64,000 bases of DNA from Bacteroidales bacterium. GTDB taxonomy: Bacteria > Bacteroidota > Bacteroidia > Bacteroidales > Muribaculaceae. Where the stretch lies: positions 27,465-91,464 of the forward strand of contig SFEA01000005.1 of assembly GCA_004557385.1 (NCBI GenBank), written 5' to 3'. Shown piece by piece: positions 1 to 9,780 of this stretch. Numbering within the stretch: position 1 is the stretch's first letter; each line of letters begins with the position of its first letter. The notes beneath the pieces were generated by a model. It was not told the origin of the DNA, ran no database searches, and was given only the letters and a program-made list of their open reading frames with translations. A program made the translations under genes and the position numbers.

Positions 1-988
1 CGCCGGCGCGGGCTGCATATTCCCATTCGGCTTCGGTGGGCAGACGGTAAGGCTCAACGTATACGGCTTGCTTGCCCAGCGAGCGTTTGAGGAATTCGGT
101 GCGCCAAGCGCAGAAAGCATTGGCTTGTTCCCAGCTGACGCCCACCACAGGATAGTCGTTGTAGCCTGCGTTGGAGAAATACATGCGCACGTATGGTTCG
201 TTGTAGGCATTTTCAAAGTCGTTCACCCAGCAGGTGGTGTCGGGGTAGACGTTCACAATATAAGTGTTCACAAAGTCGAAGTCGCCGGTGAGCGCGCGCG
301 AGATGGTTTGGCGCACAATCTTTCCCTCGTCGTCGATGTAAGCGGTGTCTTTGCTAATCACTGGCATTGTGTAGTCAACCTCGTGGTCGGTGTTATAGTC
401 GCGGCGCTCGGCGTTGAGGCGATGCTTGCGCTTGGCAGCCTCGGTGAGGTTGTAGGTTTCGTAGCGATAGTTCATCTGCTCAGGGTCAAGCTCGCGCACG
501 CCGGTGATTACGTTGGTGCGATAAACGCTTTCAATGGCGCGTTGCTCATCTTCGTTGGCGTTTTTCCAAGGAATAGGGCGGCTCCAGTTGAGGCGTGGTG
601 TGATGGGGTTGCCTTCGCGGTCTTCTTCAATCTTGAAGGCTTCGTTTCCGCCGTAAGCCGGGTCGGCAAGGCGTTCGCGGATGATTGAGTCGCGCACCCA
701 GAAGAGGAATTGCTTATACTTCGAGTTGGTGATTTCGGTTTCGTCCATCCAAAAACCGTCCACCGAGATGCCACGCGCTTCGGCTTCGATGCCCCAAAGC
801 GAGTCGGCTTCGGCAGGACCCACCTTCATTGAACCGCGGTCGACGAGCACCATGCCGTATGGCGTTGGCTCTTGCCACGACGTGCCTCCCACGCCAGTGA
901 CTTCGCCGCCTCCGCTGTTAAGGCTGCGCGATGAGCTGCACGATGCTACCGCCAGACCTATTGCAACTGTAAATAGCAGTTTCTTCAT
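1..988 (-). CDS. porK: T9SS lipoprotein PorK/GldK, N-terminal 329 codons (3' end runs off the window)
   Basis: Absent from the ORF track because there is no stop in the window. My translation from ATG (988-986) gives [20 protein letters not shown] (lipoprotein signal with Cys), then [60 protein letters not shown] and [15 protein letters not shown]. This is the FGE/SUMF1-type signature of GldK/PorK. It sits directly downstream of a porP-like gene, as in porPKLMN. Confidence 0.8.
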   Translation of the reverse strand, partial: MKKLLFTVAIGLAVASCSSSRSLNSGGGEVTGVGGTSWQEPTPYGMVLVDRGSMKVGPAEADSLWGIEAEARGISVDGFWMDETEITNSKYKQFLFWVRDSIIRERLADPAYGGNEAFKIEEDREGNPITPRLNWSRPIPWKNANEDEQRAIESVYRTNVITGVRELDPEQMNYRYETYNLTEAAKRKHRLNAERRDYNTDHEVDYTMPVISKDTAYIDDEGKIVRQTISRALTGDFDFVNTYIVNVYPDTTCWVNDFENAYNEPYVRMYFSNAGYNDYPVVGVSWEQANAFCAWRTEFLKRSLGKQAVYVEPYRLPTEAEWEYAARAG

Positions 989-1080
989 ATCGTAATGTTA
1001 TGTTCGTTTTTTCGTTTATATATTTTGTAAACAGTAATTATTCTCTCTTTTCGGGGCACCGAGCCTTGTTTGCCGATGGC

Positions 1081-2055
1081 TTACATCAGGCGTATGCTGC
1101 GATGCTTGTTTTTGTTCACCTCTTTAAGGTTGAGCTTCACGTTATATCCCAGCCAAAGCTCATGGCTTCCGCTTGTGCCTTTCGAGATGTTGCTCAGCGG
1201 ATAGTCGAAGCTGTAGCCGAGGAACACGCCTTTCAGTTCGGCACCAATCATCACCGTCAACGCGTCTTTCCAGCGATAGCCCACGCCGCCCGACAGAAAT
1301 TTGTTGTAACGCACGCGGGCGGTAGCCTCGCCAACGAAGTATTTGGTGTCGGTCTTGACAAACACCGACGGTAATATCTCTAATAACGTATTTTTTAGGG
1401 CAATATTGCCTCCGCCCATAAAATAGTAGGTGCGTCCGGCTTTAAACTCGTAGAGGTCGTCGGTGGAATTTTCGGTTTTCAGCGATATGCTGGCTTCGTT
1501 GAGGTGGTTGGCGGCAAGCGCAAGCCAGAATTTGGGATGCCTATAAGCCACTCCGGCGCCAAGGTCGATGCTTCCGCCGGTGATGTCCTGTGTTGGAATT
1601 GCGTCGTCGGCAGTTTGATGATAGTCGTCGTCGCCGGGAATAAACACCTCCGAGCCTTTGAACGATTCGTTCAGGTATCCCACCTGCAAGCCAATGCTGA
1701 GCAAGCCTTTAGCCACCTTGCGCTTGTAGGCAATCTGAGCGGCGGCATTGAGCGAGCGATATAGGCCCATGCTTTGTTGTGAGATGTTCACGCCCACAGC
1801 CAGACGCTGGCGGCCTACCTTAAATGGCATGTCGGCAAGCGCGTTGAAGCTCTTGGGGGCGTTGTCGATGCCCACCCATTGCAGGCGGCTGCCCAGTGTG
1901 AGGTGAATGTTGTCGGTGTCGCCTATGGCTGCCGGGCAATAGTAGTTAGGCACAGCCCAATATTGCGTGAACTGGGCGTCGGTTTGTGCCGAGGCCAGCG
2001 CCGCACCCAATGCGAGTGCCACCGTCAATGCAATATTTCGCAGAAAGCTGTTCAT
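1081..2055 (-). CDS. porP: PorP/SprF-family type IX secretion membrane protein
   Basis: 324 aa with an ATG start and a signal peptide. The N-terminal motif AQTDAQFTQYWAVPNYYCPAAIG is typical of PorP/SprF. The rest looks like a beta-barrel, and the gene lies upstream of porK. Confidence 0.8.
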   Translation of the reverse strand: MNSFLRNIALTVALALGAALASAQTDAQFTQYWAVPNYYCPAAIGDTDNIHLTLGSRLQWVGIDNAPKSFNALADMPFKVGRQRLAVGVNISQQSMGLYRSLNAAAQIAYKRKVAKGLLSIGLQVGYLNESFKGSEVFIPGDDDYHQTADDAIPTQDITGGSIDLGAGVAYRHPKFWLALAANHLNEASISLKTENSTDDLYEFKAGRTYYFMGGGNIALKNTLLEILPSVFVKTDTKYFVGEATARVRYNKFLSGGVGYRWKDALTVMIGAELKGVFLGYSFDYPLSNISKGTSGSHELWLGYNVKLNLKEVNKNKHRSIRLM

Positions 2056-2073
2056 CTTTGCCGTGCCCGAGGG

Positions 2074-2796
2074 CTATTCGAAATAGAAAGTTATTATCAT
2101 CATATTGTTCTGCACCTTGTCGAGGCTGTGGGTGAACGCCTGCATTGCAGGGTCGTCCTCCAAGTCGGGGCGATTGCGCTTGAGAATGTTGCTCAGTCCG
2201 AAGCAGAATTTCACCTCGGGGCAGAACTTAAAGTATTGCATATAGAAGTCGCAACCGAAGCCAATGGTGAGCATGGCGTCGGTGTTGTTGAACTGCAGTT
2301 GCTCGCGGCGACGTTTGCTCACGTCGAGCACGCCCATCACGCCTCCCACCACATACGGACGCACATTGCGATAGCGCAGCGCACTCACCTTGAGGTCGAG
2401 CGGCAACACCACGAAAGTGGATTTTACATTTTGACTGCTTAGCGCAGCGTCGGGGTTCATTGCGTCGCGCCATTTCACGGTCTTACTGCCGAATTGCATG
2501 CCGGGGCTTAGGCGCAGGTTCAGGTGATTGCTCAGGCGCAGGTCGGCAAGCACACCCACGGTGAAGCCCGGCGACAGGCTTGGCACCTCGCCAAACCAGG
2601 CGTTGCCATCAGCCGAAACCGTGCCGTTGTTGGTGAGGCTGAGGTTGTGCATAGCCACACCCACCGAGAAGCCCAGATGCACGCGCTTTAGGTCGGCGTA
2701 TGGGCGATTCAGCACCTTGTCGTTGAGCTGTGCCGATGTGCACAGCGCCGTCAGCGCCATGGCAAATGCGGCAATATTTCGGAGCAATCGATTCAT
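2074..2796 (-). CDS. PorT-family / OMP_b-brl_2-type outer-membrane beta-barrel protein
   Basis: 240 aa with a signal peptide (MNRLLRNIAAFAMALTALCTSAQ), alternating beta-strand pattern and a C-terminal aromatic-rich ...ITFYFE. Same strand as porP and 18 nt upstream of it. Confidence 0.55.
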   Translation of the reverse strand: MNRLLRNIAAFAMALTALCTSAQLNDKVLNRPYADLKRVHLGFSVGVAMHNLSLTNNGTVSADGNAWFGEVPSLSPGFTVGVLADLRLSNHLNLRLSPGMQFGSKTVKWRDAMNPDAALSSQNVKSTFVVLPLDLKVSALRYRNVRPYVVGGVMGVLDVSKRRREQLQFNNTDAMLTIGFGCDFYMQYFKFCPEVKFCFGLSNILKRNRPDLEDDPAMQAFTHSLDKVQNNMMIITFYFE

Positions 2797-2910
2797 TTTG
2801 TTGTAGTACTATCTATCAATTATCAAAACGAACCTTTTGCCACATTATTGTGTGATAATGCCAACAAATCGTCCTTTTGCCCTATACCCGCGGTGTGGCG
2901 ACAGGGTGTG

Positions 2911-3205
2911 CAACCGCTCCACGGTTGTGGTTTTCTTGGGCGCTTTTAGGTCCCCACATAGTCGCCTACGGCGCCAATATGGGGTTATTCATAATGTAAC
3001 CGCTCGCGCGGTTAATATCGCTGGTAATCAGATGGCTACAATCATGATTGTAGTGGCGTATTGCCATACGCCCGGTAGGTCTCTCGCAGAAACCGCGGAA
3101 TCCGCAGAGGTGGGTGATAGGCTCACTCAGATTCATTGGATTTATAAGATTTTTCTGCGTAAATCAGCGATTTCTGCGAGAGGTTATCCCTGCCACCTAC
3201 CATGC
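2911..3205. repeat. Composite REP/MITE-like palindromic block: one ~105 bp unit plus extra hairpin modules
   Basis: Hairpins seen: CAACCGctccaCGGTTG (2911-2927); the imperfect palindrome ccccacatagtcgcctacggcgccaatatgggg (2952-2986); TAACCGCtcgcGCGGTTA (2997-3014); an 18-bp perfect palindrome ctacaatcatgattgtag; GGCGTATtgccATACGCC (3055-3072); and a long imperfect hairpin ggtaggtctctcgcagaaa...tttctgcgagagg...acctacc (about 3068-3205). Confidence 0.65.
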
Positions 3206-3281
3206 CATACACCCCTAAGGGTAGATGAGTTAGGCAGCTTCGGCGTTTTCTGCAAGATGACATTGTGGTGGAGCATCATTA

Positions 3282-5954
3282 TTATTTGGCGTCGAAGTCG
3301 TAGATTACGAAGAATTGCACGTAGTTGTGCAGATGATCTACCGTGGTGTCGGAACGTGATGTTGATGATTCGTTGGTCCTGAATATTCGTTTCTTATTGA
3401 AGATGTCGTCGGCTTTCACGCCCACGGTGAGTTTTTTCTTGAGCAGTTTGGCGTTAGCCCAAGCGTCGAGAGCAAAGATGTCGCGGTTGAATTTGCGATA
3501 GTGGTAGCCGCTTTGTCCGTTCAGATTCGGATTGATGGCGAATGTGAATATGCCAGTCTTGAATTCTGCGGTGATTTGGGCTGTATATTTAAATGTATTC
3601 AGGCTTTGCTCTTGCGCGTCGGAGTAGATGTTGTGGTTGAAAGTGAATGTGCCGTTGCCTGTGACTTTCAGTTTTTCAAGGGTGAGTGTGAACGAAGGGT
3701 CGTAGACCAGCTGTTGCAGGCGGCGGCTGGTGTAGGTGCGTTGCTTGGCATCGTCGACCATCGTGAGCACGCCATAGGTGCAGTTGTTGTTATATGTCAA
3801 TCGAGTGCCTACTTGCAGCACCTCAAACAGCGTGATAGAGTGGTCGACCATGGTGCCGAACGAGTTGCCTCCGCGCAGGTTCTCACTGTGCGAGCGGTAG
3901 ACGCCGGTGAGCGAGTTGTAGTGGTTCACTGAGCCCACGGGGTCGTATTCTTTGGTGAAAGTCAAGCTCAAGGTGAGCACTTGTTCGTGATTAGGAATCA
4001 CAGCAGCGTGATTGATGCCCGCCGACAGCATGCCCGAGCGGCGCAGATTGGGGTTGCCCTCGGTGATGAACAGCGGGTTGAGGTCGTCGACGTAAGCCAT
4101 AGTGCTGACAAACTGTGGCAGGGTTTGCGAATATGTGGCGTTGAGGCGACTGGTGTGGTTGCGCGTGGGTTTCCATTGCAATACGAGCATAGGAGTGGGC
4201 AACACGGCGTTGCGAGTGGCTGTGGTGTCGAGCACGCCGCGGCGATATTCGAGCCGTTGATGCTTGATGTCGATGCCCATTTCAGGGCTAATCGTAAGTT
4301 TGCCGGCGTTGATAGTCGACGATAATTTAAAGGTGTTGGTGGTTGTGTTGTCGTCGCTGCGCAGGCTGTTGGCAGCGTCGTAGGCGTCGTTGCGCGTCAC
4401 CGAGTTGTTGCTGTAGTTGTTCGTGAAGTTCAGCGAATAGCTGCTGTTCAGCAACACCGATTTGCTCAAAGCATTCGATGCCTTGGCAGCAATCGTGGCA
4501 TTGAGCGCATGGTTGGCGGAAGTGGTGAGTTGGTTGTCGGCCACGGTGCTGCCGTCGTTAAGATAGGTATATTGCGAGTTGCTCAGACTTTCGCTGTCGG
4601 AGTTACGATAGTTGATATTACCTGTGATTTTATAACGGTTTTTGCCGTGATAGTGGTCGTAGCTGACATTGGAACTTGCAGTAAAAGCATTGGTGAGCAT
4701 GTGCGACAGTGAGGTGCTTTGGTTCACATCTTCATCCGTATCGACAATCGATGTGGTCTGTTCGCTGTTTTGGCGACGTCGAGTTTTGTTGTAGTTAACT
4801 CGGGCTTTAGCTGACAGCACGTCGTTAGGCGTGAGATTGTAGTTAAACGCGAGGTCAAGCGGCACCTCAAGGTGGTGGTTGTAGACTTCGCTCTGGTTAA
4901 TCGATATGCTCGACGACTGATTGTCGAGGAAATTTTCTCTCATCGATTGTTGCCCTTGGCGTTCATCGTAGTGGTTGAGGTCGGCAATTGCCGAAAAATC
5001 GTTTTTCTCCTTCCATCCCTCAAATTTGGGTTGCCAGCGGTGTTGATAGCCGAAAGCGCCCATTTGCTGGCGAAGGTCGGCGCCCATATTCCCCGAAATG
5101 CCGTTGAAACCGTAAGGCACAAACATTGAGTTGAAGTCGCTCACTCGGGCAAACACCAGCAGCGGATTTGAGTCGCTGAGGCGGTTGGTGCGCAGGTGTG
5201 CGGTGTAGTTGCCTTTGGTGGTGGCTGAAGCGTTGAGCTGGCCATACCACTTGTCGAGCCAGCCCGGCTTTATTACTATGTCGAGCACCTGTTCCTCGTT
5301 GCCGTCGTTCACGCCGGTTCGGGCAGTGAATTCCGAGTCTTTGTCGTAACGCTTAATCTCCTTCACGGCTTCTACCGGCAGCTGCCCGATAAGTCCGCTG
5401 TCCATTGCCTTGTTGCCGTTCATGCGCAGCTTGATTGGTTTGCCGTTCCAGCTCAGGCTACCGTCGTTTTCCAACCTCACGCCCGGCAGTTTTTTGATGA
5501 GGGCGTCAAGGCGGTCGCCTTCTTCGAGCTTAAAGGCTTGCGGATTGAACACAATGGTGTCGCCGCGCATGGTGAAGCGCTTGGCATTGCCTTTCACTTG
5601 AAGCTCCTTGAGCATCAGCTCCGACGGGCGTAGGGCAATGTCGCCAATGTCGATGGTGTCGTTGCCCTCAAAGCAGGCACGTCGCACCTTTTTGTCGTAG
5701 TATCCTAAGGCTTGAATTTCGAGCGTGGTTTCCAGATAGTTGGCATACCCCACAAACGTGCCGAGCGAGTCGGTTGAGTGCCCGTTGCTGTGAGTTGTGT
5801 TGCCGTTTCGTGATATGATGTAAACGCTGGCGCCCTCGATGGGTTGCTTCGATTCGGAATCTACAATGCGGCCGCGCAGCACGTCGGCTGAAGCGCCCAC
5901 CCAAGCGATGAGCAGTGTTGCAAGCAATGCTATAAGCGAATGGTTTCTTGTCAT
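3282..5954 (-). CDS. Outer-membrane beta-barrel protein, TonB-dependent-receptor-like, with a CarboxypepD_reg-like N-domain
   Basis: 890 aa with an ATG start and a signal peptide. It has the LRGRIVDSESKQPIEGASVYI carboxypeptidase-regulatory-like fold and a plug-like region (TIVFNPQAFK...LPGV). The C-terminal part is long and rich in Asn/Ser/Thr/Tyr, consistent with a barrel. Confidence 0.7.
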   Translation of the reverse strand: MTRNHSLIALLATLLIAWVGASADVLRGRIVDSESKQPIEGASVYIISRNGNTTHSNGHSTDSLGTFVGYANYLETTLEIQALGYYDKKVRRACFEGNDTIDIGDIALRPSELMLKELQVKGNAKRFTMRGDTIVFNPQAFKLEEGDRLDALIKKLPGVRLENDGSLSWNGKPIKLRMNGNKAMDSGLIGQLPVEAVKEIKRYDKDSEFTARTGVNDGNEEQVLDIVIKPGWLDKWYGQLNASATTKGNYTAHLRTNRLSDSNPLLVFARVSDFNSMFVPYGFNGISGNMGADLRQQMGAFGYQHRWQPKFEGWKEKNDFSAIADLNHYDERQGQQSMRENFLDNQSSSISINQSEVYNHHLEVPLDLAFNYNLTPNDVLSAKARVNYNKTRRRQNSEQTTSIVDTDEDVNQSTSLSHMLTNAFTASSNVSYDHYHGKNRYKITGNINYRNSDSESLSNSQYTYLNDGSTVADNQLTTSANHALNATIAAKASNALSKSVLLNSSYSLNFTNNYSNNSVTRNDAYDAANSLRSDDNTTTNTFKLSSTINAGKLTISPEMGIDIKHQRLEYRRGVLDTTATRNAVLPTPMLVLQWKPTRNHTSRLNATYSQTLPQFVSTMAYVDDLNPLFITEGNPNLRRSGMLSAGINHAAVIPNHEQVLTLSLTFTKEYDPVGSVNHYNSLTGVYRSHSENLRGGNSFGTMVDHSITLFEVLQVGTRLTYNNNCTYGVLTMVDDAKQRTYTSRRLQQLVYDPSFTLTLEKLKVTGNGTFTFNHNIYSDAQEQSLNTFKYTAQITAEFKTGIFTFAINPNLNGQSGYHYRKFNRDIFALDAWANAKLLKKKLTVGVKADDIFNKKRIFRTNESSTSRSDTTVDHLHNYVQFFVIYDFDAK

Positions 5955-6185
5955 CTTTATTATAATGTCAGTTTTTTGTCGTTTCTGAATAACTGACGAA
6001 GAGTGTGCTGTAAATGTTACAATCTTTTCGGTTAAAATATGTTAATATAATATTGATTTGCCTTTCAATATCTAAAAGTAACGATTAATTTATTAATTTT
6101 GGCATCAGGCACCTTATTAATTTTGTTATTAGCAAAAAAATGTAGTTTGGTAACCACTTTATGAGTGGAATAAACAAGGACAATA

Positions 6186-8630
6186 ATGTTGGGATACCAT
6201 AGAAATATAGCAAATTGCAAAGCGTTGCGGATGTTGGTGGCGATTACGCTGCTGCTATTGTCGTGCCATGCAACAATGGCGCATAAGTCTGTTCGCCAAG
6301 CCAAACATGGCTGCGATGCACTGGTGGTGTCGTGCTATTCGCCATTCTATCGCTGGGGTGCATGTGTCACACGAGAGGTGGAAAAGGCTATTGACGAGCA
6401 GGTTGGCGATGGGAAAGTGGAGCGCCTGTATCTGCCCATGGTGGCTGTGCGCAGCAAAGCCGAGTACGACTCGCTGTGCGTGATTCTTCATAATCGCCTC
6501 GAAAGAGCCAATCCCAAGATGGTGGTGCTTGTTGGCAGCAACTCGGCATTGTTTGCCCACGACGTTGACAGCGTGAAGCCCGGCATCTCGATGCTTTTGG
6601 TGGCAGGCGACGTGTATACAGGCACCGAAAACAGCGTGATACACGGCGACGTGTTGTGGCGTCGCAACCGCATCGCCGACATGGAATTGTGCAAGCGCTA
6701 CAACCTCACAATACAATGTATGCCCATACAGCTTGAAAAAGAGATGCAGCTGATTACGCGCCTCATCCCGCAAGTGCAAAACATCTACACCATTAGCGGC
6801 GAGGACACCTTCAGCCGCACCAAGAGCCATGAGTTGAGCAGGTTGGTGAAGCGCAAATACTCGCATTTGAGCTATTATCACGTCGATGCAGGCGAGGTGA
6901 GCACCGACAGCTTGCTGCGCTTGGTGTCGCGACTCGACCCCAAGCACGATGCAGTGATTTTTTCATCGTGGATTAGCTACAACATGAGTTACGACGAAAC
7001 GGCGGTGATGAACTCAGCCATCTATCTGATGGAGGCATCGAATGCGCCGGTGTTTGTGATTCGCGACAACGGCTGGATTAGCGGCAATCGCGTGGTGGGT
7101 GGCTGCGTCACCGACGAAGATTTGTTCTACGAAGGCATGCGCAATGTGGTGAAGCAAATAGTGAGCGGCACGCCAGCCAACAGGATATGCTCGCAGACGT
7201 CAGCCACCAGCGTGGTGAAGCTCAACTATGCCCGCATGCACGACTTCGACATTCCGCTCAACCTGGTGCCGCGCGGCGCGGTGCTGGTTGACCAACCCAA
7301 CTCCACTTGGGACAAATACGGCTCGTTTGCCATAGCCACGATTGTGGGAGCAGCCATTGTGCTGTTGCTGCTCATAATCTTTTATATGCGTCAGTCAATC
7401 AAAATCAAGGAATTGCAGATTCGCGACCTGAACATGGCGCAGCAATTCCGCAATCTGGTGCAAAGCATACCAATAGTGTATTTCCGCGGGCAGATTGTGA
7501 AGAATCAGGTGGGCAAAATAGTTGACCTTAAACTGGTGTTTGGCAACAAGTATGTGGAAAAACTGTTCGAACATGGCACACTGGCTCACATCAAGGGCGC
7601 ATCGTTCTGCCATACAATGCCCGAATTGGCGCCTTCAATCATCGAAACCCTCAACCAAAATGTGGCAAAGCACAACTATGTGTTCGACATCATCATCAAC
7701 AGCAGCAACGAGCAGTATTATGCCATGTATTTTTCGGTTGATATGCCCGACGTCGACGTGTTTGCCGTGAACATCAGCGACACAATGCAGTATCAGGCGC
7801 GCCTCGAGCATGCCAACGTCCTGCTCAAGCAGGCTAAAGAAAAAGCCGAAAATAGCGAAAAGGTGAAGACTGAGTTTATTCAGAACATGAGCCATGAAAT
7901 TCGCACTCCGCTCAATGCCATCTGCGGGTTTGTCGACGTCATCACCTCGGAGGGCGCTACCTCGCTCACCCAAGCCGAGCGCGACGAGTATGCTGCAATC
8001 ATCTATAGCAACTCGCAAATGCTGATGACGCTGGTGAACGATGTGCTCGACCTCAGCGACCTTAATTCGGGCAAAACAGTGGTTGAAAACTCGTGGGTGC
8101 CGGCTAACGACATCTGCCAATGGGTGAAGCGCACCGTGGAAATGCGTTTGGCGCCCGGTGTGACCATGAGTGTGAAAAGCCAAGTTGATGAAAACTATTA
8201 TATCTTGAGCGACCCAAAGCGATTGCAACAGGTGCTAATGAATTTTGCCACTAATGCCATCAAGCACACCAAGCAAGGCTCAATCACCATTGAGTTTAAC
8301 CTCTGCACCGACGATGACGAACCCGGGTGGGTGGAATTTGCCTGCACCGACACCGGATGCGGCGTGCCGCCCGAAATGGCACAAGCCATATTTGAGCGTT
8401 TCGCCAAACTCGATTCGTTCACTCAAGGCACCGGCTTAGGCTTGGCTATTTGCCGCTCGGTGGCTACGCTGCTCGGCGGTAAGGTGATGCTCGACTCAAC
8501 ATATAAAGATGGTGCACGCTTTGTGTTCCGCCTGAAATGTGAGCAGGAGTCGCAAAAATTCCCCCCCCCCTTGCACATGAGCAAATCATCTGAAGATGAG
8601 CGGTTTGCTCAAAACAAACCACGCATCTGA
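6186..8630 (+). CDS. Sensor histidine kinase: periplasmic substrate-binding-like sensor, one TM helix, PAS-like region, HisKA and HATPase_c
   Basis: The H-box is FIQNMSHEIRTPLNAICGF. ATPase boxes are NFATNAIKHT, DTGCGVPPE and GTGLGLAICRSV. The TM helix is FAIATIVGAAIVLLLLIIFYM. The start is uncertain; an alternative Met is at about 6231 (MLVAITLLLLSC). There is no receiver domain and no adjacent response regulator. Confidence 0.85.
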   Translation: MLGYHRNIANCKALRMLVAITLLLLSCHATMAHKSVRQAKHGCDALVVSCYSPFYRWGACVTREVEKAIDEQVGDGKVERLYLPMVAVRSKAEYDSLCVILHNRLERANPKMVVLVGSNSALFAHDVDSVKPGISMLLVAGDVYTGTENSVIHGDVLWRRNRIADMELCKRYNLTIQCMPIQLEKEMQLITRLIPQVQNIYTISGEDTFSRTKSHELSRLVKRKYSHLSYYHVDAGEVSTDSLLRLVSRLDPKHDAVIFSSWISYNMSYDETAVMNSAIYLMEASNAPVFVIRDNGWISGNRVVGGCVTDEDLFYEGMRNVVKQIVSGTPANRICSQTSATSVVKLNYARMHDFDIPLNLVPRGAVLVDQPNSTWDKYGSFAIATIVGAAIVLLLLIIFYMRQSIKIKELQIRDLNMAQQFRNLVQSIPIVYFRGQIVKNQVGKIVDLKLVFGNKYVEKLFEHGTLAHIKGASFCHTMPELAPSIIETLNQNVAKHNYVFDIIINSSNEQYYAMYFSVDMPDVDVFAVNISDTMQYQARLEHANVLLKQAKEKAENSEKVKTEFIQNMSHEIRTPLNAICGFVDVITSEGATSLTQAERDEYAAIIYSNSQMLMTLVNDVLDLSDLNSGKTVVENSWVPANDICQWVKRTVEMRLAPGVTMSVKSQVDENYYILSDPKRLQQVLMNFATNAIKHTKQGSITIEFNLCTDDDEPGWVEFACTDTGCGVPPEMAQAIFERFAKLDSFTQGTGLGLAICRSVATLLGGKVMLDSTYKDGARFVFRLKCEQESQKFPPPLHMSKSSEDERFAQNKPRI
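8561..8570 (+). repeat. C10 homopolymer inside the 3' end of the histidine kinase gene
   Basis: Read directly from the sequence: aaaaatt-cccccccccc-ttgcac. Confidence 0.95.
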
Positions 8631-8722
8631 TGCAGCACATTCGGCAAAATCACCATGGGTTTGATGCCACACGTTAATTCGCTCGGTTTTGTGAAGTTTA
8701 TAGATTATAACATTCTGACTGT

Positions 8723-9553
8723 CAGCGATATTAACCGCTCGAGCGGTTGCAGACATCATGCCGCCATGTCGCCTGAAAGGCGTGACTCCGAAGGCGAAAG
8801 CCGAAGGGACTTAGCCGTGGGTGAGCGCAGCGTAACCCACGGACCACCGACGCCCCCGAACCCGGCGTCCGGACAGGACGCGAATTACTTTTATTGCTGA
8901 ATCTGCAACCGCTCCACGGTTGATGCGATCAAGGTACATCACACTATCCCCACGTAGCCGGCTGCACTACGTTTGCCGTCAACATGGGGTTATGCTAATT
9001 GCAACCGCTCGCGCGGTTGTGCATTAGGTGTCGTATAAGTGTAATGAATTGAAAACCAACGATATTAACCGCGCGAGCGGTTACAGCTTCTATAACCCCG
9101 CGTTGACGCCGTAGGCGGCTACGTGGGGACTGGCAGATGCTTCCCACCAAAACCAACTGTGGAGCGGTTGCACACCCAGCAAAGTGGGGCTTTCACCGAG
9201 AAAAAGAATTCGAGAGAAAATACTATGTGATAATACAACTTTGAATATACAGGGAAATCTCTCGCAGATGTTGGGATGCCGTGGCAAAGTAGCGCCATCG
9301 GAGATGGCAAACTATGCTTAACCGCTGGTGTAGCGCAGCGAAACCTGCGGAGAAGGAATCCCACACATATATCGGCGTCGAAGACGTCGAACAATGTTGT
9401 GCCACTTCGAGGCACATATTTATGGCAGCACTCTTTCCGCAGGCTGCGCCACATTGTGGCTTGCCAGCGGTTAAGCATAGTGAAGCACCTTCGGCGCTTT
9501 CATCTCAATTTATATAATCATTTGATTGCCAGCGATATTAACCGCTCGCGCGG
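8723..9553. repeat. Cluster of REP/MITE-like palindromic elements filling a gene-free ~1.1 kb interval
   Basis: Unit copies lie at 8905-9018 (inverted) and 9061-9172 (direct). Solo end-hairpins cagcgatattaaccgctcgRgcgg are at 8723-8748 and 9529-9553. A chain of GC-rich hairpins spans 8757-8880 (for example ccgtgggt-N12-acccacgg and gacgcc-N9-ggcgtc). A 16-bp perfect inverted repeat lies at 9314-9329 / 9464-9479. Confidence 0.75.
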
Positions 9554-9780
9554 ATGTGCATGCTGTTTGCCATTTTAAGTTTATGGATTTTTTAGTTACT
9601 ACTGTTTTTGATACCCAGTCTGCGAAGATAGGCGTTTTTTTAGTTATGTTATTTACATTTTGTGGTTGATGTGCCATTTTTATAATGATAATTAGCAAGT
9701 TTTATGGCGCTTTTTATGTAACTTTACACCCATAACACGAATTGACAGGCGATTACATTGCCTCCTTTGACGATTTTGAT

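Noticed and set aside
2837-3382. A 181-aa ORF across the 2.8-3.3 kb intergenic region
   Set aside because: It runs through the palindromic repeat modules; the same peptide fragment AVNIAGNQM appears in the antisense ORF at 9510-9698. It also overlaps the 3' end of the outer-membrane protein gene.
9119-9517. Two ORFs (9119-9478 minus, 9314-9517 plus) that both begin MLNRW
   Set aside because: They are mirror images generated by the 16-bp terminal inverted repeat. Neither has coding character.
8700-9560. Possible CRISPR array, because short palindromic repeats recur
   Set aside because: The repeats occur in both orientations, with irregular spacing and variable sequence. The same modules are dispersed at 2.9 kb and 54.8 kb. 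There are no cas genes in the window. The pattern fits REP/MITE-like elements, not CRISPR.
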